DNA of 64,000 bases from an uncultured virus (IMG/VR IMGVR_UViG_3300031853_000026). Lineage: Duplodnaviria > Heunggongvirae > Uroviricota > Caudoviricetes. The notes beneath the pieces are model-generated. The model was not told the DNA's origin. It ran no database searches and was given only the letters and a program-made list of their open reading frames with translations. Both the position numbers and the translations under genes were made by a program. The stretch lies in IMG/VR virus record IMGVR_UViG_3300031853_000026. The stretch is one strand, 5' to 3'. The number at the start of each line of letters is the position of its first letter. Position 1 is the stretch's first letter. Shown in pieces: positions 1 through 9,375 of the stretch.

Positions 1-72
1 ATCATTCTCAGACTTTCCCTGTTTAGATAGGTTTTCTTTGAATTATTACTAATTCAAGCCACAAGATTGTTT
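1..72 (-). mobile_element. 5' part of a group I intron in nrdD (continues beyond the window)
   Basis: Exon ends ...TCA ACC AT|, which fits a split ATG of MGCR. CCAU/GUGG forms a P1 helix with a U-G wobble at the junction, followed by the hairpin TTGAATTA-GTAA-TAATTCAA and AAACAGGGAAAG. Confidence 0.8.
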
Positions 73-1313
73 ATGGTTGAAAAATAGGTTTTTGGATCAT
101 TTCTGTCATATCCCGCATTTCCACTCCAATCCACATTAGCGTAGTTGGGGTACAAACGCTGAGATGTTGATTTCAATGCTAACCTATACATGTCGTAATT
201 TGGCGTACCTGGTTTATCATTAACACCTTTCATATACTGGAAAATACCACACGGAAATACACTGGTTCTATGAAATTTACCAACACCAGCTATACTTCCC
301 TCTAACAACGCTTTAATAACCATCCTTCCTTCTGGCAAAGTACATGTGCCAAAATTTATGGACGAAAAAGGCAATTGATTTCCAGACCTGCTTTGCAATG
401 AGTTAAGGTTATGGTAAAGTCCCTCAGTAGCTTGTTTTAATTCTTTCTCAGTCATACTAAGAGCATACTTATAGACTTTATCGTTTTCTTTGTATTTTCC
501 ATCTTCGATACTCAACGTATCATTTAGATCACTTGAAATTTCCTTTTCCTCTATGAAAGTCATACCATCTTTATAGTGCTTGTAGAATGATTTTCTAACA
601 TAAGGAACCATTGAGTGATCTATGTGAGTTGCGGAAACCCCTCCAAACTGCTGTAATGATTGTATTTGGAATATTACAGCCACTAATTGAAATGCAGTAT
701 TTATAGACCCTGCAGGTCTAATATCAGTCTGTCTTGTCGTAAATCCTTTAGCCAGAAGATCATCAATAGGGCAACTTAGACAATTATGATCTCCTAAGAT
801 AGCGTGGTCTAGGTCATGAATATATATCTCATTATTGAGATGATTTTCTCTGCTCTTTTTTGAGAACAATTCATTTAGTGCTATATCCTTCATTACTACT
901 GACATGGCTTCGCCCATTCTACCTCCAAAGGAATTCTCATCTACATTAGCATTTTGATTCGCTATAGACTTTGCACTGAGTTTGGAAGCAACGGCTTTCA
1001 TTAATTTGCCTTTATACCTTCTAATCTTGCTTCTTTCCTCTCTGTACAAGATATACTCCTTTGCTACTTCCTTTCTAGAAGACTTCATTAATTCATTCTC
1101 AATAAAATCCTGAATCTGTTCTACCTCAATTTTCTCTTCTTTGAACATTTTAGAGTTTTTGAGATTAGTTACGATTCTGTTAATGAGATCTGAATCAACT
1201 CCTGCTTCTGTTTTCTTCATAGCGGCGGTGATAGCTTGTTTAATTTTCTCTTCATTAAACACAACCTCTCTACCGTCCCTTTTAATTACTTTTGGGTACT
1301 TTACTTCTTCCAT
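73..1313 (-). CDS. nrdD: Anaerobic (class III) ribonucleotide reductase large subunit, 5' exon
   Basis: N-terminal ATP-cone (VIKRDGREVVFNEEKI), ENANVD-like NQNANVD, IYIHDLD, HNC, QFGG, NSLQSRSGNQLPFSSINFG, RLYPNY. The frame breaks at YFST, just before the conserved MGCR motif, where an intron starts. Confidence 0.95.
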
Positions 1314-1939
1314 GTGTTATTAAATTTTAAACCAAGTTGTTTTATATAATCTGGTGCAGAATCAATATAACGTACTTTAGTTATGTGGTTATATTTTTGT
1401 GTAAAATCCACATATTCTTGTTGTTTACTCAGATAATCTTCTAAATCCTTAAATTGAACGTATTTAGATCTATATTGACTGGATAATAGATTCTCTTTTA
1501 TAAAATCTTCATCCTTCATTATTAACAGTTCTCTTTCTACCTCTAAATCTATTCCAGAATTCTCGGGTAGTGTTAGGATTTTATTTTCTTCTTCAACAGC
1601 TTTCCAAATAAACTCGTCTTCCAACCCCGTCTTTTTGGATTTATAATAAAGCATGTCAGTTATACCTCTTTCTACAAGTAAATTGTCAATACCCTCTCCA
1701 TAGCAATAATTAAAGCTATCGGATAACCTACATAAATGTAGCAGTGCATAATTTAGGTCATTGATTTCCGTTTTACCAGAAAATGTACCAGACTCTAAAT
1801 CCTTCCACAATTTAATACCAGACCTCATGACAAAAGGTGGTAAATATGTGGTAGATGCTGCTGCATTTAATGTTGTAGTCTTCATGGTGCCACTAATACC
1901 ATAAAAGAACTTAACAATCATTGTACCGTTATTTTCCAT
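1301..1939 (-). CDS. P-loop nucleotide kinase-like protein
   Basis: N-terminal YGISGTMKTT P-loop variant and LLVERGITD (dNMP-kinase-like ER motif); adjacent to nrdD. Confidence 0.55.
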   Translation of the reverse strand: MENNGTMIVKFFYGISGTMKTTTLNAAASTTYLPPFVMRSGIKLWKDLESGTFSGKTEINDLNYALLHLCRLSDSFNYCYGEGIDNLLVERGITDMLYYKSKKTGLEDEFIWKAVEEENKILTLPENSGIDLEVERELLIMKDEDFIKENLLSSQYRSKYVQFKDLEDYLSKQQEYVDFTQKYNHITKVRYIDSAPDYIKQLGLKFNNTWKK

Positions 1940-2056
1940 TACTTTTGTGTTTTATTTTAACCATTATTATCGATTATAAGAAATTAACGGTATAATCTCA
2001 CTAAATTATGTTATTTCATTTTACGTATCTAAATGTCTAATAGCCTTATATATAAG

Positions 2057-2191
2057 TAGTTTAAGTAATTTTTTAAAACCCACCGAGGGCCGCTATATAA
2101 ATACTCTTGTCATATTTTCTACGACAATATTCCCACCTAGCGGCCCCCAACGAGACACCATTGACTGTGAAGTCCATGGTGTTTTTCTTTT
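2057..2191 (+). ncRNA. Candidate small structured RNA 1
   Basis: Follows promoter-like TAGCCTTATATATAAG (2041-2056). GC stem GGGCCGCTA (2087-2095)/TAGCGGCCC (2138-2146), then a GTGA-capped terminator hairpin (2155-2182) and T-tract. Confidence 0.5.
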
Positions 2192-2227
2192 TTTTATTCT
2201 TCTCAAAATAACTAAAACTCTTATAAG

Positions 2228-2381
2228 AGAATAAATTATGCAAACATTTTTCTATTTTTAGCGCCCCCTCCAATCCATATTTTTTATTTTTAAAATTCTG
2301 ACGTAATTTAATAGGTTAATATTTTTTTAATGAGAGGGGGCAAACCACATTCATCCGTGAGGACCAGTGTGGTTTTTTTTT
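2228..2381 (+). ncRNA. Candidate small structured RNA 2
   Basis: Follows promoter-like AAAACTCTTATAAG (2214-2227). GC stem GCCCCCTC (2263-2270)/GAGGGGGC (2334-2341), then a GTGA-capped terminator hairpin (2342-2375) and T-tract. Confidence 0.5.
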
Positions 2382-2395
2382 CTAAAAATTTTTGG

Positions 2396-2450
2396 AAAAA
2401 AGATCAGATATTAGGTATAAATTATCAACCTAATATCTGATATATTTTTT
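2396..2450. terminator. Bidirectional intrinsic terminator
   Basis: ATCAGATATTAGGT...ACCTAATATCTGAT flanked by an A-run and a T-run, downstream of 2457..3053(-). Confidence 0.75.
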
Positions 2451-2456
2451 GTTCAA

Positions 2457-3053
2457 TTAATACATACACAATAGATTTGAGATATCACCAAAATCGAAAT
2501 TCTTTACAGTAACTTTTTCGACTACTTTTGTTTCTCCGTCTAATCCAATGTGTGTAGAACCTGGGAATGTTACTTCTGTTCTTTGAATATTTCCGTATTT
2601 AAGGGAATTTTCGTAAGCTTCCCAAAACTTGGTAATATAATAATCTACATAATCGCCCATACCCAATGATTCTTTTCTTGGGTCATTAAAGGGAAGTCCT
2701 TGTTTAGCAACCAATTCAGCTTCTTTCTTTTCTCTAGCTTCTTTTGTTGCTCCTGGAACTAATCTTTCAACAGCTTTTTCGTAGGTCAATTTTGGGCATT
2801 CGAATTTGATTGTTACAAGATCTCCTGTTTCGGAGGTTGTATCTGTCATTTCATATTCCCAATAGAAGTAACCATTTTTATTCCACTTATATGTTCCGGC
2901 ACCAGAAAATAGATCATCCCAAATATTTTCAAGGATTACTGATACACTTGATGCTCCGTTATTCGATGTATTTGAATCAGAAAATACAATCTGATCCTGT
3001 ACGAATTTATCGTCTAAAATCCACGCTTGTCCTTTTATTACTAATTCACTCAT
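2457..3053 (-). CDS. Hypothetical protein
   Basis: 198-aa ORF overlapping the upstream stop (translational coupling). Confidence 0.85.
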   Translation of the reverse strand: MSELVIKGQAWILDDKFVQDQIVFSDSNTSNNGASSVSVILENIWDDLFSGAGTYKWNKNGYFYWEYEMTDTTSETGDLVTIKFECPKLTYEKAVERLVPGATKEAREKKEAELVAKQGLPFNDPRKESLGMGDYVDYYITKFWEAYENSLKYGNIQRTEVTFPGSTHIGLDGETKVVEKVTVKNFDFGDISNLLCMY

Positions 3054-4066
3054 TTCTTACCACTTAGAATGTTTTGTGCGATTCTAAGGTAGGAAAAAGC
3101 GTTAAAGTATTCAGAATCAGCGGATGGGAAATGTAGGAATGATGTTGGGAAGTGGTCTTTTTCTACGATCTTTGCAAACTTTTCATCTGCAAGATATTTC
3201 TTAAAGAAATAGCTCAATCCACCACAAACAAGGATTCCATCAACTGCATCAATAGCCTCACCGAATTTATCTTCAAGAAGCTTTAGAACATCAAGGAGAT
3301 AATTTTTACAGAACTCATCTAACTTAGAACCGATGTTATATTCTCGTCCTCTTCTTACGAAACGACCGGCATTATCTACGATAGTCTGAGCTTCTTTTAC
3401 GGATACCTCCATACCATATTCTTTACGAAGATAATCCATGACGCTATAAGATACAACAATAAGGCCTGTATCTGGGATACCAACAGCGGCACCTGCAGAT
3501 GCAGTACCATTAGCTACGTTACAGATATCACAAGTCAAGAAACCACCATCGAGAATGAGGTAGTTTTTCATCTTGTAGTCATTGTGTTTAGATGACTCTC
3601 TGATATCCAAACCACATTCTGAATATGCTAATTTACAAGAGAGTCCTTGTGGGAGACAGAGGAAATAATTCTCTTCTCTTTGTTTACCAAGAGTCTCGTA
3701 AAGGTAGTTAAGCAATTCATCTGTTCTATCTTTGAAAGCCATAGACAATCCTATTACTACTTTATCGAATTTCTCACCATCTCGCTCATATTTAGTCAAG
3801 AGATAAGAGATCCATACAGGATATGCAACTTTCATAGAATCAAAATCATTCAGAGGGAGCAGACAAGAACGGGGAACTTTTAATGCAGGAGTTCCAAGAA
3901 TGTAGAAATCTGGTCCGAGTCTGAACAATACATCATCATCAGCTTCCATAGGGTTCTGAATCTTAGCTACGGCACTAATATACTTCTCGAATTGAAGTGC
4001 TCCAGTTTCATTATGATAAGCTACCTTTACAGAAGAATACCCTAAATCGATTGCTAGTAATTTCAT
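3050..4066 (-). CDS. ParM/StbA-like actin-fold ATPase
   Basis: Phosphate-1 AIDLGYSSVK, phosphate-2 ILDGGFLTCDI, connect motif LPQG and adenosine motif LVCGGLS. Confidence 0.8.
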   Translation of the reverse strand: MKLLAIDLGYSSVKVAYHNETGALQFEKYISAVAKIQNPMEADDDVLFRLGPDFYILGTPALKVPRSCLLPLNDFDSMKVAYPVWISYLLTKYERDGEKFDKVVIGLSMAFKDRTDELLNYLYETLGKQREENYFLCLPQGLSCKLAYSECGLDIRESSKHNDYKMKNYLILDGGFLTCDICNVANGTASAGAAVGIPDTGLIVVSYSVMDYLRKEYGMEVSVKEAQTIVDNAGRFVRRGREYNIGSKLDEFCKNYLLDVLKLLEDKFGEAIDAVDGILVCGGLSYFFKKYLADEKFAKIVEKDHFPTSFLHFPSADSEYFNAFSYLRIAQNILSGKK

Positions 4067-4479
4067 TATAATTCGTCGTTTTCTATAAGATTAATAATTT
4101 CTTTTGTCATATCATATTCCGGGATATTTCTCAAGCTACCAACATCTTTTATTATATACATCCCGAAGTAAAGATGTTGGGGTTCATCACATTTAGTCTC
4201 TTGAATACCAATACTTCCTATCTTCAGCTCTGTTAATTTCTTCAAGAATTCAGTTATTTCTTGAAAACGAGAGAGCAAACAAGTTGCTGTATTGGAAGTC
4301 AAATCACAGTCGAGGATAAAATTGTATTCAATCCAATCTCCATAATGACTGCTCTTCTTTTTAGATTCAATAAACTTCAGTGATACTTTATTTAATCCAC
4401 CAGCTGCATCTGTAATAGTCGATATTACAGGGTCAGTTGTTGGGATTTTTTTATTTGCCTGTTGATCCAAAACCTCCAT
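4066..4479 (-). CDS. Hypothetical protein (start uncertain, 4479 or 4503)
   Basis: ORF in a tightly coupled operon. Confidence 0.7.
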   Translation of the reverse strand: MEVLDQQANKKIPTTDPVISTITDAAGGLNKVSLKFIESKKKSSHYGDWIEYNFILDCDLTSNTATCLLSRFQEITEFLKKLTELKIGSIGIQETKCDEPQHLYFGMYIIKDVGSLRNIPEYDMTKEIINLIENDEL

Positions 4480-4933
4480 CACCACGCTTTGTATTATCAT
4501 CAAACTTTAGAACTTCTTTAAAAACAACACGAACGACTCTGCTAAGAACGAGTTGAGCAATTCTATCACCAACTTCAACTTTGAATGTTTTATCACCAAA
4601 GTTTGTGAGAATTACTACAATTTCACCTCGATAATCAGAATCAATTGTGCCTGGAGAATTCAACACGGTTACCTGATTCTTCAATGCAAGACCACTTCTC
4701 GGTCTTACTTGAAATTCCCAACCATAAGGAAGGGCTACATAAAGTCCAGTTCTGACACCGACTGTCTTTCCTGGTTCAATTTCTACTTCCTCATTAGAAC
4801 AAACATCCATACCGGCTGCTCCATCCGTTTTATATTCAGGGAGAGGGTTGGAAGAGTGATTAATGATTCGTACAAATTGGGTTGAAAGTTCCGGATTTCC
4901 ATCCAGACTAATAATATTCTCAGTCATAATCAA
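4451..4933 (-). CDS. dut: Trimeric dUTPase
   Basis: Motifs [41 protein letters not shown]. Confidence 0.97.
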   Translation of the reverse strand: MIMTENIISLDGNPELSTQFVRIINHSSNPLPEYKTDGAAGMDVCSNEEVEIEPGKTVGVRTGLYVALPYGWEFQVRPRSGLALKNQVTVLNSPGTIDSDYRGEIVVILTNFGDKTFKVEVGDRIAQLVLSRVVRVVFKEVLKFDDNTKRGDGGFGSTGK

Positions 4934-4945
4934 TATATTTAATTT

Positions 4946-5389
4946 TTATTCTACTAATTTTTTTATTCTTGCAATACACCTAAATAACCAATTATTACTA
5001 GATATTAATTTACATGAAGCTATTAATTTAGGTCCTTTACTTAATTCTTGAACATCAGCTGAATATATATCAAAACCAAATTCAGTTGGAGTTAAACAAG
5101 TTCTATCATCTAATAATTTACCAGAATCAATAGCTGCTTTTAAATTATACATCAATAAATCATAGTCATTTGGGAGTAATAGAGTTGGTTTTATTTTGTC
5201 CAACCCAAAACAATAATAAATAGGTTGATATAGGCATACATAATTACCTCTTTGTTCAAATATTAGAAAATTACCCTCTTTATCAAATTTGACTTTAATA
5301 GGTATAGGGTAAGGATCTGTTATTGTATTTTTATTGAATACCACAAGGGAATTATACATGCCTATAAGATCCTCTTGTAACTTTGTCAT
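4946..5389 (-). CDS. Hypothetical protein
   Basis: 147-aa ORF in operon. Confidence 0.8.
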   Translation of the reverse strand: MTKLQEDLIGMYNSLVVFNKNTITDPYPIPIKVKFDKEGNFLIFEQRGNYVCLYQPIYYCFGLDKIKPTLLLPNDYDLLMYNLKAAIDSGKLLDDRTCLTPTEFGFDIYSADVQELSKGPKLIASCKLISSNNWLFRCIARIKKLVE

Positions 5390-5400
5390 ATCTTTTGTTT

Positions 5401-6018
5401 TTAGTCTTCTGATGTAGCCACGAAAATTCTGATATTATGGTCTTCAAATAGCTTATGAATCTTTGCTGTAATTGAAGCACTCAAATCACCAGTCTTTTCT
5501 TTTGTAGCTTTCAAAGTAGCGAGTAATGGTGTAAAAGGATTCTGTACACCAGCAAATTTATCTTCATTATAAAAACCACAACCATCAACTATCTGTTCAA
5601 AGATCTTAATAAAATCTTGGGGAAGATCTGGAACAAGCTTAGTTGCTACAGGGTAATCATCCTGTAGGTGATTCTGGTTAATGATATTCCATTCAACAAT
5701 GTCTCCGGTCGGAACACCAGTAGGATTCTCTTCATCATCAGCAACAGTCGTAACAATAAAAGTATAACCAATTTTTATGAGAAGATTATTAATACAAATC
5801 AAATCCATTCTACTGAGGAATTTATTCTCTTCTAATATAGTATTAATTTCCCTACCATCATTACTAAATCTTTCAAAATTGTCTTTCAAGAATCCCCTAA
5901 CAAATTCTTCAACACTTGTGCCCATAGCCTCTTTATCAAACCTATTACGGGCTACACATCTACCGGTCTTTGCATAATTATCACCCGGTGTAATTGCATA
6001 TAAACTTACTTCTATCAT
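5401..6018 (-). CDS. Hypothetical protein
   Basis: 205-aa ORF in operon. Confidence 0.85.
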   Translation of the reverse strand: MIEVSLYAITPGDNYAKTGRCVARNRFDKEAMGTSVEEFVRGFLKDNFERFSNDGREINTILEENKFLSRMDLICINNLLIKIGYTFIVTTVADDEENPTGVPTGDIVEWNIINQNHLQDDYPVATKLVPDLPQDFIKIFEQIVDGCGFYNEDKFAGVQNPFTPLLATLKATKEKTGDLSASITAKIHKLFEDHNIRIFVATSED

Positions 6019-6024
6019 TTTTAA

Positions 6025-6408
6025 TTAAAAAGTTAATTCTGGGTTATTCACTGTTATAAATATAGCCCACAGTATATCTAATATATCACTTCCTTCAAAA
6101 ATCATTTTTTCTTCCCTCGTAAAATCCCCATGTACTAATATAGCATCATATATTTCACGAAAATCTACTGGTTCTCCCTTTTTCCACAAAATGCACTGAT
6201 CCAATAAATATGAGAAAAATTTTCCATTCTGGTTTGTCTTATAATCCAATAAAGCAAATTCATCAAGAGAATATACGGTTAATAGCATATCCCATAAATC
6301 AGTTATTCGAATAGCATAACCGTATTTGTCCCTTAATGTACTACATATGGATTTAACATAATCAGGATAGTCAGCATCACTTTGTCGTTTGATTAAATGA
6401 CTCTCCAT
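6025..6408 (-). CDS. Hypothetical protein
   Basis: 127-aa ORF in operon. Confidence 0.8.
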   Translation of the reverse strand: MESHLIKRQSDADYPDYVKSICSTLRDKYGYAIRITDLWDMLLTVYSLDEFALLDYKTNQNGKFFSYLLDQCILWKKGEPVDFREIYDAILVHGDFTREEKMIFEGSDILDILWAIFITVNNPELTF

Positions 6409-6417
6409 AATTATTAC

Positions 6418-7131
6418 TTATTTTATCTTCATCAACCATCCCAAAAGAATATCCTGTATAGTAGCAGAAAATTCCCTTGATATGTTTGTACTATTCAATT
6501 CACTTAACGGTTTGGTTACCCCATCTTTTATAGCAACTTTAAATACATTGCCACCAGGGCCCATCTTGTCACAAATCGTATAACCATTGGCTTTCAGGAA
6601 ATCTAACACCTTATCAAATTCCCAATCAATTCCAAACGGTCGAGTATTCATCATAAGCTTGAATATAGACTCAATTGCCGGACAATAATCATCTCCCATG
6701 AGATTTGACATCACTTCCGGAATTTCATCATAAAAACCATCCGTCTCATCATCATCCCAATCAAATTCATCATCAAAAGATTGTGATTGATTGTGACGTG
6801 CACTGTTATCAACCATAGCATAATCTGTACCAGCTGTGGTCTTTCCTAAACCAGCTTTCGGTTTATCTTGGTTGTTGAACTTGTCAATAATATTTCTTAA
6901 TATCTCGTCAAATTCATCCGGAGATACCGAATTATTTCCACCGGACTCTCCATTCATAACATAAGTAATACCACTAGCACCAATAGAATCTAGTATATCA
7001 TCTAAATCAAATGTGGATGAGTAGTTAAGTCCTTTTGTATCAGAGGCTTTCTTATGCCTTCTACTTCTTTTCTTATGTTGTGTTTTTTGTTCGGTATCTT
7101 CTTTAAGGGTATTGTTTTTATTATCTACCAT
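6418..7131 (-). CDS. Hypothetical protein with basic N-terminus and acidic middle
   Basis: 237-aa ORF; HKKRSRRHKK and DDEFDWDDDE tracts. Confidence 0.85.
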   Translation of the reverse strand: MVDNKNNTLKEDTEQKTQHKKRSRRHKKASDTKGLNYSSTFDLDDILDSIGASGITYVMNGESGGNNSVSPDEFDEILRNIIDKFNNQDKPKAGLGKTTAGTDYAMVDNSARHNQSQSFDDEFDWDDDETDGFYDEIPEVMSNLMGDDYCPAIESIFKLMMNTRPFGIDWEFDKVLDFLKANGYTICDKMGPGGNVFKVAIKDGVTKPLSELNSTNISREFSATIQDILLGWLMKIK

Positions 7132-7147
7132 GATCTTTAAAAAAATT

Positions 7148-7181
7148 AAAAAGGAGGCTTCTGATATAGAAGACCTCCTTA
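7148..7181 (-). terminator. Intrinsic terminator after groEL
   Basis: AAGGAGG-CTTCT...AGAAG-A-CCTCCTT stem with a T-run on the minus strand. Confidence 0.7.
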
Positions 7182-7222
7182 ATTGATTTTACTACTATTA
7201 AACTCGCATTAATTATAAATTA

Positions 7223-8866
7223 TTACACTCCCATAGGATTAGCAGCCTTCTTTGTATCATCGTCTTCCAGGATGATACAATCAGTAGCGAGGATCATCGA
7301 TGCAGTAGAGATTGAATTCTCCAATGCAACACGAGCTACTTTAGCACTATCAAGAACACCATCTTCCAAGAGATCAGACCATCTACGAGTCTTTGCATTG
7401 AAGCCCATGTTATTCATAAATACCTTAGGCTTAATTTCAGACCATTCAATAATCACATCACCTGGCATACCTGCATTCTCTGCTACAGTTCTAAGAATAG
7501 AAGGGAGGGATTCTACAACGATCTCAGCACCGATTTCCTCATCACCTTCCAATTCTTTCCACCACTTCTTATCCTTCTGAATTGCCTGAGCAGCTTTGTA
7601 ATAGATATAGCCACCACCTGGTACACAGCCCTCTGAAATAGCGGACTTAGATGCCAAAATAGCATCTTCGATTGTAGCCTTTCTATTACACTTCTCTACC
7701 TCTGTAGCACCACCTGCCCTTATAACGGCAATACCGTTTGTAAGATTAGCAAGTCTCTTAGAGAACTTAATCTTATCATACGGAGTTGTAGAAGAATCAG
7801 CCAAACGCTTCTTTAGAATCTCAGCACGTTCCTTAATTTCCTCTGGGTTACCGTCTCCTTCATAGATAATAGTAGAATCTCTCGATACAACAACTTTCTT
7901 TGCGTGGCCGAGATCTTCATACTCAATATCCTTTATATCTTTACCGTTCTCAGTACAGAAATATGTAGCTCCGACCTTTGTAGCGATATCCTGCATTTGG
8001 TTCTTTCTTCCATCACCAAAGTCAATATCCTTTACAACACAGCATCGAATAGCTCCCCTCATTGTATTAATGAGCAATGTAGAATTAACAATATCATCAA
8101 TTCCATCACACACTAACAAGAAAGGCTTATTACTACCCTCCTTCTGAACAAGCTCAAGGAAAGGAATGAGCTGGTTTACGTTGGAAAGTCTTGTACCACA
8201 AACGAATACATAACAATCCTCCATAATACACTTACCATCACCCTTCTCCGTTGCATATTCTGGTGAAGCCCAACCTCTTTCAATCTTCATACCCTCTGTA
8301 ATTTCAACAACGGTATCAAGACCGGAAGAAAGTTCTGCTGTGATAACACCATCGATACCAACTTTCTTCATTGATTCTACAATGAGATCACCAACTTCTG
8401 GGTCATTATTAGCAGAAATGGTTGCTACACGACGGATTTTTTCAAGATCATCTCCAATCTCTATTGAATTCTCTTTGATGAAATTCTTAACCCATTCACT
8501 AGTCTTAATCATACCAGACTTAACTTCTGATACATTACGACCATTGCGGATTTCTCTCCCACCTTTTGAACAGAATTCCTTAATGAGACATGCAGAAGTT
8601 GAAGTTCCATCGCCCACTAAATCCTCTGTCAATGATGCTGCCTTACGAACAAGCATAGCACCAGCATTCTTAGCTCCATCCTTAAATGAGATAGACTTAG
8701 CTACAGTTGCACCATCACGAGAGATCTCCGGTCCAATCATAGAATTCTCAATAGCTACGAATTTACCAGCAGGTCCTAGAGTTGTGATAATTGCATCTGA
8801 AGCTTCAATAACGCCATCAATAATTCTCTTTCTAGCGTCTTCTCCTTTTAAAACAATCTTTGCCAT
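7223..8866 (-). CDS. groEL: Chaperonin GroEL
   Basis: TTLGPAG, ISRDGATVAK, VGDGTST, ATISANND, EGMKIERGW, FGDGRK, AGGATEVE, IEDAILA, EGCVPGGG. Confidence 0.97.
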   Translation of the reverse strand: MAKIVLKGEDARKRIIDGVIEASDAIITTLGPAGKFVAIENSMIGPEISRDGATVAKSISFKDGAKNAGAMLVRKAASLTEDLVGDGTSTSACLIKEFCSKGGREIRNGRNVSEVKSGMIKTSEWVKNFIKENSIEIGDDLEKIRRVATISANNDPEVGDLIVESMKKVGIDGVITAELSSGLDTVVEITEGMKIERGWASPEYATEKGDGKCIMEDCYVFVCGTRLSNVNQLIPFLELVQKEGSNKPFLLVCDGIDDIVNSTLLINTMRGAIRCCVVKDIDFGDGRKNQMQDIATKVGATYFCTENGKDIKDIEYEDLGHAKKVVVSRDSTIIYEGDGNPEEIKERAEILKKRLADSSTTPYDKIKFSKRLANLTNGIAVIRAGGATEVEKCNRKATIEDAILASKSAISEGCVPGGGYIYYKAAQAIQKDKKWWKELEGDEEIGAEIVVESLPSILRTVAENAGMPGDVIIEWSEIKPKVFMNNMGFNAKTRRWSDLLEDGVLDSAKVARVALENSISTASMILATDCIILEDDDTKKAANPMGV

Positions 8867-8895
8867 ATCTATTATTTTTATGTTTTTTTTTTATT

Positions 8896-9162
8896 TTACA
8901 ATACTACTATTACTTCCAATGGAGTAATAACCTTCACTTCTTGATTTGTCTCAGGGTCACGAATAAGCTTACCTGAATTGGGATAAATAAACAATTTATC
9001 ACCAACCTTCAACTCCTTCACTTCATCACCCATTGCCAAGACCTCGGCTGTAACATAATCTTTACAGTTCGGATCTACATCAATCACAATACTACCGACT
9101 TTTTGTTTGTAGCTAGTCGGATCAAGCTCTCTCACAAGAATTTTATCCTTAATTGGCTTCAT
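8896..9162 (-). CDS. groES: Co-chaperonin GroES
   Basis: MKPIKDKILV...AEVLAMG...LKVGDK; 88 aa; directly upstream of groEL. Confidence 0.9.
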   Translation of the reverse strand: MKPIKDKILVRELDPTSYKQKVGSIVIDVDPNCKDYVTAEVLAMGDEVKELKVGDKLFIYPNSGKLIRDPETNQEVKVITPLEVIVVL

Positions 9163-9251
9163 TTTCTTTATTTTTAAGTTAATATTTCTTTTATTATTAC
9201 ATCACTAAGATTATAAAGAGGATTTTTAACGCGTTTTTGTTATTTTGAAAG

Positions 9252-9304
9252 AAAAAAAAATACTAATAGTATTTCTTAGTTGATTCTATTAGTATTTTTT
9301 TTTT
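9252..9304. terminator. Bidirectional intrinsic terminator
   Basis: A9-TACTAATAG...CTATTAGTA-T10. Confidence 0.8.
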
Positions 9305-9375
9305 CAGTCAACCAGTCTTTAAGTAGATTCGTTCACCAACAAACGAATCTCTGGATCAGGTCTTATTTTGGTGAT

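Noticed and set aside
54..1313. nrdD as a truncated pseudogene
   Set aside because: The break falls at a conserved motif with group I intron 5' junction features.
2073..2273. 66-aa minus-strand ORF
   Set aside because: It runs through T-tracts and hairpins of the plus-strand RNA units, with poly-Lys from homopolymers and no start context.
8340..8927. Long antisense ORFs (for example 8340..8927, 14839..15471, 16553..17071, 45068..45598, 61459..61935)
   Set aside because: They are shadows of well-supported genes on the opposite strand, with no motifs or start context.
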